A stretch of DNA of 64,000 bases, taken from assembly GCA_964016885.1 (NCBI GenBank), contig OZ024750.1, forward strand, positions 28,582,001 to 28,646,000. Reading direction: 5' to 3'. The notes beneath the pieces were generated by a model. The model was not told the origin of the DNA, ran no database searches, and saw only the letters and a list, made by a program, of their open reading frames with translations. Below, one piece after another: positions 26,285 through 39,984 of the stretch. A program made the position numbers and the translations under genes. This DNA is from Eledone cirrhosa (taxonomy: Eukaryota). How positions within the stretch are numbered: the first letter of the stretch is position 1; the number at the start of each line of letters is the position of its first letter.

Positions 26285-26804
26285 GAACTTGTTCTTTGTT
26301 TTTATTTCATTGTTTTTATTAATTTATCTTGACTCTGTTTTCCTATGATTTTCATAGAAAATTTTTGATGGCATCTTCTCTTTTCATGATATTTGGATTA
26401 CATTGAGTTCTTCATACGGATTGGACGCTACCGTATATTTTGGTAGATTTATCTACACACACACACATATATATATATTATTCTGCCGTCACAGAACTAA
26501 AACCCTTTTTTCCCACTACAAGCCGAATATTACATAAAAGAGGGACATCCCCCAACTATATAAACCTTAATCTAGTTAGAAAAATATAAAAACAATCTCT
26601 TCTCAACATATATTAATAACCTTAAATTACCACACTAATAATGGAAAGATATGCTGATGAGAATAGGTACAAATATGCGATAATGAATGTGTCAAAAAAC
26701 GTCCATAAGTATGTATATATATGTGAAAATGTATATAAATAAGTAAATATATATATATGTTTGATGTGTATAGTTAGATGTAAGTGTATTCATGTATTAA
26801 AGTG

Positions 26805-26871
<67 letters not shown>

Positions 26872-27239
26872 GTATATGGATGTGTATGTGTGTACACATG
26901 GACTAGAGTATGTATGTATATATGTGTGTGTCTATACGTGTGTATATAAAGATAAGTTGAGTATGAAAATGTATACACATGAGCGCGTATGTATGTACAT
27001 GAATACATGTGTGTATATATTTGTGTATGCATGTGTATATATATGTAAGTATGAATATGTGAATTGTGAGTATATGTATTTTGTAGAGGTGTGCAAATAT
27101 ATTTGTGTGTGAATGCGTGGGTGAAAGGATACGTACACTTGAAAGAAAAATTTAAGTCTGAATGTTAATTAAGTGCAAACACAAAACCAACCACGCATAT
27201 CTTTACTATCTCTAATCCTTCTATAGATTTAGAAAAATA

Positions 27240-27565
27240 ACCAATAATATATTCTATAAAAAATGTCAAAACAACAGATGGGAATCTAATTACTCACTGC
27301 CACCAAGAATTCTCACTGCTATCGAAAAACCACTCCTTCAACTATTCTTCTAACAACTTCACCCCTCCCTCCTAATATTCTCTATAAAAACTAAATAGGT
27401 CCTCAGTAATATTATTCTGATGAAATGACAGTAAATAATAACATTGAAATATTGAATGTCTGCATAACTAAAAGTTTGTAGATAGCAGCTGTTTTAGGTT
27501 ATGTAACTGTTATAGAAACACGTGTCAATAAACTCCTTTCAACTAAACTGTATCCATTCAAATCT

Positions 27566-27568
<3 letters not shown>
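27240..27568 (+). mobile_element. pLTR-like element with hammerhead-like core (27412-27457)
   Basis: CUGAUGA-AAUG...CAUU-GAAA-UA-UU; stem I weak. Reverse-complement copy at 33422-33748. Ends in (TA)n. Confidence 0.7.
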
Positions 27569-27601
<33 letters not shown>

Positions 27602-27994
27602 AGGGAGTGTAACGCGGAGTTACTGTAGGTTTACCCAGATGAGCACTCGATGTTTAAGTTCACGTCTGTATCGATGAGCCGTTGATTACAGAGTCGGGCT
27701 AGATCGATACAGATCGAACCTTCAGCTGATCAGTGGCGAAACGGGCGTCATCAACCAGTAAACGTAATGAAGGAGTAACCACTCGTCCTTATTTTATATA
27801 TATATATATAGCAAACAGGAACGCAGTCAATGTTGAACCATATATGAAGAATTTGTCATATTACATACAATTGTTTTAATATCGATCAGTTCAAGGCGCA
27901 ATTATAATGGCCGGGGCCTAAGTCTGCCTCGACATCTCATCAGAAATGCGAGTTTATATATGCAAAATCTGTAGTTATGCACCTACCTAACATG

Positions 27995-28064
<70 letters not shown>

Positions 28065-28147
28065 AAGGTAAACAGAAATAACAACACAATCGGAACAGTA
28101 AATGGAAGGAATATATTAGGTGAACGCTTGAAATAGCAGGAAGAGGG

Positions 28148-28183
28148 TCTTAACGTTTCGGACGCTACTCCTTCATTAGAAGA
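28148..28183 (-). ncRNA. Minimal hammerhead motif with one core mutation
   Basis: UCUU-CUAAUGA-A-GGA-guagcg-UCC-GAAA-CG-UU-AAGA. Confidence 0.6.
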
Positions 28184-28605
28184 AAGAATGAGAAAAAAGA
28201 TAGTTTGAAGGCACGGGCTGGGTGGAATTGGAAAAAATGTCTTTAGATAAAAATAATAAGTCCATCCACTTAGGTGTAGTCCAGTTATGGTATTCCGGGT
28301 AGTGGATGATATCAACGCTTGGCTAAGTTTGACTCAACAAGGCGTTTTCATAGTGATGCTGCGAGTACGCTGTAATTGCTATGTTGTAAACACTTGGAGT
28401 AATAATAAATCAGGAAAGAATAATAAAGTAATAATAAATCAAGAAAGCTCCGAAGAACTGACTGGTTATAATTTTGTATTGGCGATCGAGTAACGTGAAA
28501 ACAAGCGGATAGCGATCTCTAGACCTACCTGTTCAGAGAAACAATTGTCAGCAATGAGATTAAAAACCTTTTTTGTATAACAAACCGTGTCAATCTTCTT
28601 TCCTG

Positions 28606-28657
<52 letters not shown>

Positions 28658-28728
28658 CGTAAGATAAGAAAATATTTTTTTAAAAAATTTTTTTAAAAAA
28701 TTTTTTTACTTACTTACTTAAATTTTCA

Positions 28729-28808
28729 CTCCAACTAATTAGTTTCTGCAATGGGATAAAGACAGTTACGTAATCCAACTGTCGAGAATTCATTGCGTCA
28801 TCAGGGAG
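28729..28808 (-). ncRNA. Type I hammerhead ribozyme motif with extended stem II insertion
   Basis: CUCC-CUGAUGA-C-GCAAUG-[insert with hairpin GACAGUU...AACUGUC]-CAUUGC-A-GAAA-CUAAUUAG-UU-GGAG. Lies inside an element bounded by inverted repeats ~28652-28685 / ~29020-29056. Confidence 0.82.
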
Positions 28809-29422
28809 TCTATTCTCAGCTGAGTTTCCAGGCAATGCGCGGACACTGGCGGCTCATATAAAAATAATAATAATTCGGTAGAAAGAACAGCTTGCGAGGA
28901 CTGGATTCTATGTACTGAAATTCTCACTGCTTCTAGTCAAATGGCCGATTCTAAAGAATCAATCACGTGACACAGAGGCTAGTTAGAAGGAATGGGATGG
29001 TAAGATGACTGACGCCTATTTTAAAAAAAATATTTTCTTATCTTACGTCTTTTATATTATTGTTCTGCACCCTCCTGCATTGAACCACCTAGGTATTATG
29101 ACATAACCTGTGTATTTGCTGGCATGGACGTGCATCTGTGCGCCTATGTTAGCTGATATATTAAATTATCTATATATATATATATATATATATCATATAT
29201 CATATATTTCCACACACAAGTTTGTGTTCGAGTGAAAGAAAATAGCAATGAACACGCAATGTGGAGATCAAGAATACTTATATAGTCATTGGATAACAGT
29301 CTTAGATGCCGTGTCTCAATCAAAGAGAGGATTGTCCTAACTGGATAGATTCTACAGATGCTCAAAGAAAACTGACTTGAGGCTAAACTATAACAGCCGC
29401 TCTGATCTAGTAACAGATATTA

Positions 29423-29452
<30 letters not shown>

Positions 29453-29453
<1 letters not shown>

Positions 29454-29635
29454 TTCAATCGGGGGTAATCACAGTAAGTAAGGTACTCAATACATTAGTA
29501 GAGCGTAAAGATCATGTTTGATATAGAAATGGCTTCTACAGGACTAGAACTATTTCATTCAAAAGAAATCACTAGATGATTTCTTTTGAATGAAACAGTT
29601 CTTATCCTGTAGAAGTCATTTCTATATTAAACATG
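29453..29635 (-). mobile_element. Family D fold-back element in (GT)n
   Basis: Arms ~29513-29571 and ~29577-29635, centre ctaga. Right arm reads GAUGA-UUUC-UUUU-GAAU-GAAA-CAG-UU. Confidence 0.75.
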
Positions 29636-29739
29636 GTGTGTGTGTTTGTGTGTGTGTATGCATATTTCAAGGAGACAACAAGCAGAAGTACAAAAAGTCT
29701 TATTAGTTTCACGCTTTATATTGGAAAAAGGAAAGAAAA

Positions 29740-29773
29740 TTTGACGTGTCGGGCTTAAGCCCATCTTCAGGGG
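29740..29773 (-). ncRNA. Degenerate minimal hammerhead motif
   Basis: CC-CUGAAGA-U-GGGC-UUAA-GCCC-GACA-CG-UC (GAAA mutated, stem I lost). Confidence 0.5.
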
Positions 29774-29842
29774 TACAAATAGAGACAGGATCACAATGGA
29801 GAAACAGAAAAAAGGTGCAGAAAACACACAAAAAATCGAAAC

Positions 29843-29980
<138 letters not shown>

Positions 29981-30219
29981 AAATAAAATTAGGAAAATAA
30001 ACAAAGGGCAGACAAGAACGAAAACAAGGCAAAATATATATATATGCATCTCTGTGTGTGTCTTGTCGATTCTTGAACTATATATATATATATATATAGT
30101 TCTACATAGTACTATATATATATATATTAGAAAAAAGTAATCCAATACGTTTCAGTAATGTGCCTCACTGAGGTCTGCTCCCTAGAAAGCTACCTAGTTT
30201 GCATTAATTGTATGACTTT

Positions 30220-30810
30220 GCCAGCAATTACCCAGTGCATTACTGGTACTTTTATTTTATCGACCCCGTAAGGATGAAAGGCAAAGTCAAATCCCGCCGA
30301 GGTTGACTTTGCCTTTCATCCTTACGGGGTCGATAAAATAAAAGTACCAGTAATGCACTGGGTAATTGCTGGCCTTGTGCCTAAAGTAGAAACAATTAAT
30401 TGTATGACTTTGCCTTTCATCCTTACGGGGTCGATAAAATAAAAGTACCAGTAATGCACTGGGTAATTGCTGGCCTTGTGCCTAAAGTAGAAACAATTAA
30501 TTGTATGACTTTGCCTTTCATCCTTACGGGGTCGATAAAATAAAAGTACCAGTAATGCACTGGGTATTTGCTGGCCTTGTGCCTAAAGTAGAAACAATTA
30601 ATTGTAATGCCAGCGGTGGATTGGCAGTATTGGTAGAGGGTTGGACGCCATGCTTTGACGTATAGAGTTACAGCCCTTGCCTTTCTGAGTTCAAATCCCG
30701 CCAAGGTTAACTTTGCCTTTCATCCTTACGGGGTCGATAAAATAAAGTAGCAGTAATACACTGGGTGATTGCTGGCCTTGTGCCTAACGTAGAAGCAATT
30801 AATTGTAACG
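30220..30810. mobile_element. SINE-A composite: inverted fragment, three tandem 3' halves and one full copy
   Basis: 30220-30290 pairs with 30303-30373. ~101-bp units repeat to ~30605. Full SINE at 30612-30805. Confidence 0.85.
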
Positions 30811-31076
30811 CCAGCCCTGATCATGCTTGCAACATATTTCATTGACCAGAGATAAAAGTTGTGAAGAGGAAAGTTCACTTCTTTCCCGTTACTTGTTGTC
30901 TATTAACGTTGGTTGCTAAGAAAAGACTCGTTAAAACGCCATGTTAATTCTGTTTATTATTTGAGATTCAAATAAAATCTTATTTGTCCATATATTACCT
31001 GGACAGTTGACACAGCAACAGAAGTGTTTCGGGGGGAAGTTTTTACAGTCGACTAATCCCAGGAACAAAGCAAACA

Positions 31077-31153
<77 letters not shown>

Positions 31154-31272
31154 ATGGATGAACGGATGAACGAGTATACATGAGAGAGAGTTGGAGGGAG
31201 GGATGGACGCCACCAAGTTATAAATGTTCAACACACGCCATATGTCACTCGAGTAACCTTATCATTCAATGA

Positions 31273-31313
<41 letters not shown>

Positions 31314-31317
<4 letters not shown>

Positions 31318-31583
31318 AAAGTTCTATTTAAATTGTTGGGATACAACAAGCAAATATTTTTATAACTAATATAAAGCACTCGACAAGTATTTGGAGTAAA
31401 TATACGATATTAATAAATGGAAACTATATTTATAAAACCATATTTATTTCATTATACATATTTCAAGGATACCATGTTAAATTATGGTATTCCTTCATCA
31501 GATAAAATACAATATAGATCAGTTTTATAAATAAACATTGACGTACCCTTTCAAAATGCGACCGTTACTTTTGGAAGACATCA
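31314..31583 (-). mobile_element. Family B element with hammerhead (~31445-31505 minus)
   Basis: UUUAU-CUGAUGA-AGGAAUACCAU...AUGGUAUCCUU-GAAA-UAUG-UA. Confidence 0.78.
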
Positions 31584-31639
31584 TATATATATATATATGT
31601 ATGATACCGTAACTCACGAGGGAGTGATATGGGCGGTGT

Positions 31640-31932
31640 AGTGACATACGACGTTTCTAGGGCATTTTAAATTCTGGCGGATCCCACATTTCCTCTCCGG
31701 TCTAAATACAGCAGATTTCTTCCAGAGAATGCTAGAGAGAGAAAGATTATAGAAGTGAGAAAGAGATATAGAAGAAGAATCGACCCAGTACTAAACTGGT
31801 ACATTTATATCGATCTCGAATGGATGAAACGCAAAGTTGACCAATGCGGGATTTGACCTCAGAGTGCCGAGAGCCCAAACGAAATCCGCAAATCATTCTA
31901 TCAGATGTTCTAACGACTCTGCCAATTCGCCT
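31640..31932 (-). mobile_element. SINE-C (SINE-A-like head with a different tail)
   Basis: Shares ctagggca...ctggc(g/a)ga(g/t)ccc...cacagccgatttctt with 22115-22290, 38240-38460 and 51545-52195. Confidence 0.7.
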
Positions 31933-31968
31933 TATATACGTATATATATATATTTATATATATCTTTC

Positions 31969-32005
<37 letters not shown>

Positions 32006-32092
32006 CTTTCTATATATATATATAGTAGAATAATCGAGAATCGGAATATCAGCCCACGAAATCACGATAAAATATATTTATATCTATCTTTC

Positions 32093-32128
<36 letters not shown>

Positions 32129-32354
32129 TATATCTATCTTTCTATATATATATATATATATATATATTTATCTTTCTATGTATATATATATATATATTTA
32201 TCTTTCTATATATATATATATATATATTTATCTTTCTATATATATATATATATATATTTATCTTTCTATATATATATATATATTTATATCTATCTTTCTA
32301 TATATATATATATTTATATATATATTTATATCTATCTTTCTATATATATATATA

Positions 32355-32411
<57 letters not shown>

Positions 32412-32555
32412 CTTTCTATATATATATATATATCTATATCTATATATTTATATCTATCTTTCTATATATATATATCTATATCTATATATTTATATCTATC
32501 TTTCTATATATATATATGTGCATGTGTGTGTGTGTGTATACATACATACTTACAT

Positions 32556-32588
<33 letters not shown>

Positions 32589-32603
32589 CATACATACATA
32601 CAC

Positions 32604-32872
32604 ATACAGAAAAGAGAGACGAACACGGATATATAACTATGTGTGTTCAAATCACAAGGGACAGAAAACGCCAGAGTACATGATAGTTGTCATGGTAGGT
32701 TCGTATATCCCAATTCATCCTTTTGATTGGGTTCTGTGAACCATACTATTTTAGTCAATATTTTCTTCACCCTGTCCCTTGTGATTTGAACACATTTAGT
32801 TATATACACGTGTTAGTCTCTCTTTACTGTATTATATGACTCGGAAATATATTTTCCTTGATCTATTTTAAT
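32604..32872. mobile_element. Inverted-arm element
   Basis: ~32604-32665 (tacagaaaagagagac...gttcaaatcacaagggacag) pairs with ~32773-32832; extra tail to ~32872. Confidence 0.65.
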
Positions 32873-33166
32873 TATAGGAGACGATAAGGGCGAAGGATTG
32901 GCAGTATCGGTAGAGGATCGGACGCCATGCTTTGCAGCATAGAGTTACGCCCCTTTGCGTTCTGAGTTCAAATCCCGCCGAGGTTAACTTTATCTTTCAT
33001 CCTTACGGGGGTCGATAAAATAAAGGACCAGTAACGTACTAGGGTTGATTTAATCAATTTTCCTCTCTCCCCAAAATTACTGGCTTTATTGCCTATAGTA
33101 GAAATCCTTATAGGGGACTATTGTGAGATTTTAACTCAATATATAGTTTTGATATATATATAGTTT

Positions 33167-33205
<39 letters not shown>

Positions 33206-33371
33206 TAATTAGTCTCTAATACTTAAACATCTCAATGAATGGATAACATATATAGATGAAATATCAATCAGAAGCAATATTACGTATTAAATTCAATTGA
33301 AAAAATATATCTATGAGAGTATATGTCAGACTGACAGACATTAATATACATATATATATTAATGTCTGTCA

Positions 33372-33421
<50 letters not shown>

Positions 33422-33425
<4 letters not shown>

Positions 33426-33739
33426 AGATTTGAATGGATAAAGTTTAGTTGAAAGGAATTTATTGACACGTGTTTCTATAACAGTTACATAACCTGAAAA
33501 CAGCTGCTATCTACAAAGTTTTAGTTATGCAGACATTCAATATTTCAATGTTATTATTTACTGTCATTTCATCAGAATAATATTACTGAGGACCTATTTG
33601 GTTTTTATAGAGAATATTAGGAGGGAGGGGTGAAGTTGTTAGAAGAATAGTTGAGGGAGTGGTTTTTAGATAGCAGTGAGAATTTTTTGGTGGCAGTGAG
33701 TAATTAAATTCCCATCTGTTGTTTTGACATTTTTATCGA

Positions 33740-33748
<9 letters not shown>
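33422..33748 (-). mobile_element. Second copy of the 27240-27568 element
   Basis: Near-identical reverse complement, (TA)n on both sides. Confidence 0.8.
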
Positions 33749-33781
<33 letters not shown>

Positions 33782-33788
<7 letters not shown>

Positions 33789-34060
33789 ATACTTGGCGAG
33801 GGTCATATTGTTGTAATAATATTGCCAGAAATAATAACAGAACACACTCACTGTTTGGTTGGTTTTCGCTTCTGTATCTTTTATATCTCCACAGTTAATT
33901 CATTTGGTCCTCAATGTTTATCATTGACTGACCAACGGTCAAAAATTCAGGTATGAACACATATATATAGTCTAACAAAGTTCTTTCGTTGCACATCTGC
34001 AACATCATCAGTGGTACTACTATGTTCCTCCTGTTGTATTGTATGTCTACGCAATTATAT
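33782..34060 (-). mobile_element. Family A-related pLTR fragment with hammerhead (33974-34015 minus)
   Basis: ACCA-CUGAUGA-U-GUUGCA-gaug-UGCAAC-GAAA-GAAC-UU-UGUU. Terminus gaccctcgccaagtataacaat-(AT)n matches the 10010-10031 and 57513-57535 ends. Confidence 0.75.
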
Positions 34061-34227
34061 ATATACATTTCAACAACAAAAATCCGAGACCATATTCATA
34101 TGGTTTTGGTTTTTATACAGGTCGTTGAGCGCTTTCTTTTATCTACTTCACAACCGACAGATCATTATGTGATCCGCACATCCTTTGTCGGTTAACCCCT
34201 TACTATATATATATATATATAAATATA

Positions 34228-34261
<34 letters not shown>

Positions 34262-34430
34262 ATATATTTATTCAGGTTTGAGGTTCACCACTCTATAGAG
34301 CTGATCTATTCCGTATGGTCAATCGCAATGCAATAATATAGAGAGTACTCAACGTAAAGCAGTTCAGCCTCGGGTCCTCGATTTTCAGCCCCATGGATTT
34401 TACCTATTACATTCACGTATTATATTTCGA

Positions 34431-34488
34431 ATACCTGATGATATCACCGGATTCATACGGAACCCGGTCATTGAAATGATCATAGTAT
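34431..34488 (+). ncRNA. Type I hammerhead ribozyme motif
   Basis: AUAC-CUGAUGA-UAUCACCGG...CCGGUCAUU-GAAA-UGAUCA-UA-GUAU; palindromic stem III. Lies in a (TA)n-flanked island, 34270-34540. Confidence 0.78.
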
Positions 34489-34556
34489 AATAAACCTTTC
34501 AAGGATTTACACAAATCCAGCCTCCTGTCATTTCATTATATATAATATATATATAT

Positions 34557-34753
34557 CAATAATATTAATAAATGGAAACTATCTTTATAAAACCATATTT
34601 ATTTTATTATATATATTTCAAGGGTACCAAAATATTTGGTACGCTCTCATCAGATAAAATATAAAAGTCGTTTTACAGATAGTGACATATTCAAAACAAG
34701 AACTTAACGTTTTAGGTTCTGTTTAAATAACCAACATATTAAATAACTCATCG

Positions 34754-34756
<3 letters not shown>
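34557..34756. mobile_element. Family B element: long inverted arm with hammerhead (~34603-34658 minus) joined to a ~30-nt 3' terminus
   Basis: ccaacatattaaataactc (34731-34749) is the reverse complement of the family B terminus seen at ~9288-9307. Confidence 0.72.
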
Positions 34757-34783
<27 letters not shown>

Positions 34784-34790
<7 letters not shown>

Positions 34791-35066
34791 GTTTGTATAT
34801 GTATAATAAAGCCAAAACAATGCAGGTATGGACATAGAATAAAGAATGCAAATGCAAAAGATATTGTTGACAATTAGTCTTTTACCTTAGATTTATTTAA
34901 ATGTCATTAATTAAGGACATTTAAATAAATCTAAGGTAAAAGACTAATTGTCAACAATATCTTTTGCATTTGCATTCTTTATTCTATGTCCATACCTGCA
35001 TTGTTTGGGCTTTATTATACATATACAAACGTTTATACCTCATTACACAATGCTTCAAGTGAACTA

Positions 35067-35070
<4 letters not shown>
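34784..35070. repeat. Near-perfect palindrome (~120-bp arms) with a short tail, in (TA)n
   Basis: 34784-34904 pairs with 34916-35037; centre attaattaag. Confidence 0.9.
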
Positions 35071-35117
<47 letters not shown>

Positions 35118-35416
35118 AAGTCTGTGATTTATCCTGTCTGATATATGCAAACATAGAAAAAGAGTGAGAGTAACAGGCAGAGATACTTTTAAACAAAAGT
35201 ACATGTTCAGGAATACATTTGTACTTGCATACACGCAAACATTTTACACATAGATGTTGACACACACACAGATACACGCACGCACACACATACACACACA
35301 CACACGCACGCACGCACACTTGTATGTATGATTATGTGTGGTTTAGATGTGTTTAAAGTTCATAACCTTAAGAATAAATGAAAATTCATGAATGCCTGAT
35401 TGTAGCTGTATGAGTG

Positions 35417-35459
<43 letters not shown>

Positions 35460-35987
35460 TCTTATAAGTGTATGTCCTGTTTTAAATAGCCTTTGTGTGT
35501 GTGTGTGTCAACAACACTATATTCACCATCAGACACGTATACATGCACAAATGTCTTTGTGCACGTGCAGATTTGTATTTGTGTGTGTGTGGTTGTACAT
35601 GAAGTATATGTCTGTGTGCGCATATATATGTATATATGTATATATGTGTGTGTGTGTGTGTGTGTGTACATTTATGTATCTGTGTGTTTGTGCATGTGCG
35701 TGCATGCGTGCGTGCGTAAGTGCTTGTGTGCGTGCGTGTGCTTTCACGCATTTTGTAAAAACAGAGAAAGAACGGACGGAGAGAAAGAAAGGAAAAGATC
35801 GAATGCCAGTCAAGACACAAAGCCCTTCTCTCCCAAACCTTCCTCCTACTCCCACTTGGGCTGTTTTCTCTCCCCCTCTCTCCCCACCAACTCCTCTCTA
35901 TCTGTCTAACTATCTATCTATCTATCTATTTATCTATCTATTTATCCCTCCCTCTAGCCATCTCCACACAACAGGCAGTACTTTGTT

Positions 35988-36028
<41 letters not shown>

Positions 36029-36111
36029 ATATATATATACATGTATAAAACATATATACATACAATATATATATATAATATATATATATATAATATATAT
36101 ATATATATAAT

Positions 36112-36159
<48 letters not shown>

Positions 36160-36525
36160 ATATAAAATATATACTCTTTTACCTGTTCCAGCCATCCGGC
36201 TGAGGCGATGCTATACATATACACTATATATATATATATATATATATATACATACACATATACACACAATATATATATACACATATACACACAATATATA
36301 TATATACACATAATTTATATATATCTATACATATATATATACACACACACACATATATATATACACATATACACAATATATAGTTATAAATATATATATA
36401 TATATACATACACATATACACACAATATATATATACACATATACACAATATATATATACACATATTCACACAATATATATATACACATATACACACAATA
36501 TATATATATACATATACACACAATT

Positions 36526-36559
<34 letters not shown>

Positions 36560-36608
36560 TATATATATACACATATACACACAATATATACATACACATA
36601 TACACACA

Positions 36609-36647
<39 letters not shown>

Positions 36648-36698
36648 TATACACATACACACGCACATATATATATATACATATACACACAATATATA

Positions 36699-36749
<51 letters not shown>

Positions 36750-36951
36750 GTATATATATATACACACATGCATATAACTTTCTACTTTAGGCACAAGGCC
36801 AGCAATTATCCCAGTGTATTACTGGTAGTTTATTTGATCGACCCCGTAAGGATGAAAGGCAAAGTCAACCTCGGCGGGATTTGAACTCAGATCGTAAAGG
36901 GACGTAACTATGCTGGAAAGCATGGCGTCCGACCCTCTACCGATACTGCCA

Positions 36952-37006
<55 letters not shown>

Positions 37007-37306
37007 CACACATGCATATAACACATATATATATATACAAACACACACACACAATATGAATAGCTGTCTATGATGTAACAGTCTGTGTAAAATGTTCTAC
37101 AGGTATCTTCTTTCTTGTCCATCTCAAATCCCTTCACAATCTACCAAAGCTACTTCAGTTGTGCAACCTCTTTACTTAAGTATATGGACAGACAGTACTC
37201 TGTAGAGCATCGGACGCCATGCTTTGCAGCACAGTGTTAGGGCCCTTTACGCTCTGATTTCAAATCCCGCCGAGGTTAGCTTTGTCTTTCATATATAAAT
37301 ACATAA

Positions 37307-37338
<32 letters not shown>

Positions 37339-38493
37339 ATATGTGTGTGTGTGTCTGTGTGTGTGTGTGTCTTTGTGTGTGTGTGTCTTTGTATCTAATT
37401 TGTATAATCGTATTTACACGATTAACAAAACATCAACTCTAGCAACAACAATGTCAGGGTTGACCTCCTCTGTCGTCTTTATTGTTCTCTTAATATGAGC
37501 CCTATGTGGCCTTTGCAGCATAGAGTTACGGCACTTTACGGTCTGAGTTCAAATCCCGCCGAAGTTAAATTTGGTTTCCATCCTTACGGGGGTCGCTAAA
37601 ATAAAGTACCAGTAATGCACTGAGGTCGATTTAATAGACTAACCCCTCACCCATAATAGTAGCAGTAGCATTAATATTTGCTAATGTGGCTGCAGACTAG
37701 GCAGGCCTCCATTTCACTGAGTTGAATACTTTATCCGGGATTCATTGCTGAAATCCGTCCCATTGGTGTTAGAAGGTACAAGCTCTATATGTATGATAGT
37801 ATATACACCGCTCGAAGGATTTCTTCCCAGATGAAATATAAAGAGGAGAAGAATAGCAGAGAGCAACAGAAGCCACAACAATAGCGTGTTGCCGGGAGGA
37901 AACAATTTGGACGCAGAGTAAGCTGTGGGTGATGCCATCACTGAGGATAGTCGATAATAATTGACAATCGAACTCTACATGAAACCCTTGATCCTCATCG
38001 ATGCCAGCCATGTATAAATATAAATGTTTCTACTTTAGGCACAAGGCCAGCAATTACCAGTGCATTACTGGTACTTTATTTTATCGACCCCGTAAGGATG
38101 AAAGGCAAAGTCAACCTCGGCGGGATTTGAACTCAGATGGTAAAGGGACGTAACTACGCTGGAAAGCATGGCGTCCGACCCTCTACCGATACTGCCAATC
38201 CACCGCCCATGTATAAATATAAATATAGGATAATAAAGGTTAAAGATCCCATAACTCCTTCTGGGGTCGTAGAGGCACCCTCATACAGTGTGTCTAGGGC
38301 ACTTTAAAACCTGGCAGAGCCCAACCCTTTCCAGGCCTGAACACAACCGATTTTTTCAGTAGAAGAAGAATCGACTCCAGCATTGAACAGGTCCTTTTTT
38401 ATCGACCTCGAAATGATGAAAAGCAAAGTTGACCACGGCGGAATTTGAACTCAGAGCGCGCAATAAATAAATATATATATTTATGTATATATA

Positions 38494-38525
<32 letters not shown>

Positions 38526-39269
38526 GCAGTAAATAGAATATTAAATTAAAAACACAAATTAATTAGATAATTGTTTGTCCTTTTGGCACACGGCCAGCAA
38601 TTACCCAGTGCATTACTGGTACTTTATTTTATCGAACCTTGTAAGGATGAAAAGCAAAGTTAACCTCGATGGGATCTGAACTCAGAACGTAAAGGGCCAT
38701 AACTATGCTGAAAAACATGGTGTCTGACGCTCTACCGATACTGCCAATCCACCACCCTTAATTAAAATCCACATTAATTAGATAATTGTTTCTACTTTAG
38801 GCACAAGGCCAGCAATGACCCAAATTAGATAATAATCAGTAAACTGTATAAGCAAGTATTTTATTTTAAATAGTGTGTCATCAAGTATGAAATTTGTAGA
38901 GATTTGTAGAAAAAAAAAGAAATTTCTACAAATTTCATACTTGATGACCCAATATTTTTGAAGCTTTTATAAATGTTAAGGTTTTAACCAAAACGCTCAA
39001 CTGACCATCTGGGTAGTTCTATTGATCCCTGAGGATCCTTATAGGCGAATTTGGGGTCTTTGCTCTTGTCTATCTTTCCTCCAAGTAAATCATGTATTTT
39101 CTAATAAAAACGGGATGACAACAAAGAGAAAAATATGGTTTGCTTTGGAATATCTAAATACACTGAGAGAGAGGTTGGCCTGATATAGCTGGCTACCTGC
39201 TTCCATCATATGGTGTTGCACAGATATATATATATATAAAAAGTATATGATAAAATGAGAAGTCAGTCA

Positions 39270-39660
39270 ATCAAATTGATGGCCTCCCCACAGCTCCGGC
39301 GGACAATGGAGAAGGCGTTTCCCCCGGAGTACGGCAAGGGAGACGCGCTGGAAGAACCATTCCTTCTCGTGAGGCTCACACCTTCGGCTGGCCAGCTCAG
39401 CGCTTATGGTGGTGAGTAGGGAGGTAGCCCTAGGGCCGAGGACACCAGAAGTCTCCACTGCCAAGGGTACGACCGCAAACCTGTCGGAGAGCGACCGGTA
39501 TTTGGAGAGTTTGGCCTCCTCAGCCCGACGTACAGCACAGGCGGCCAGCACTGTGGTGACAGGAAAGCTGGTGGAGGCCGAAATAGTCCACGGTGGATCC
39601 ACAGCGACATTGGTGTGGTTCGCAGATCTTTAGCCACAAGGTCCCATGACAAACTGCTTA
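39270..39660 (-). pseudogene. C-terminal restriction-like endonuclease fragment of a CRE-type non-LTR retrotransposon
   Basis: AVRRAEEAKLSKYRSLSDRFAVVPLAVETSGVLGPRA...EKEWFFQRVSLAVLRG matches the CRE REL tail pattern (K..KY, P.AVET.G..G, FQR.S.A..RG). Confidence 0.8.
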
Positions 39661-39984
39661 CATGCTCGCATGTGTGCGTGCCGAACTCTGGGTCTTTCCG
39701 CTTGGAATAACCCCCTGTTTTCTTCTTGTTCATTCATTTATTTATTTTGCTAACAATCTACCTTCTTGTGTGTCCCCCTCCATACACCCCTTCTTTACTC
39801 TCTTGTCTTCTGACGCCTTCACATCTGATGTAGGTGAGCTACGAGGCCTCACTCATATCAGCACTTTCCCTTCCACCCGCATACAGTTGTGCCTAGCACC
39901 TAGGATGGTGACAACCAGCCACTCACCCCTAATGCCGCTTGGTGCCCCAGTCCCCGGCCCCACGCCCCATCCTCCATCCCCACC

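Noticed and set aside
37880-37900. Peptide NSVLPGG shared with the 17818 ORF
   Set aside because: Opposite strand, stops nearby and no extended similarity; treated as coincidence.
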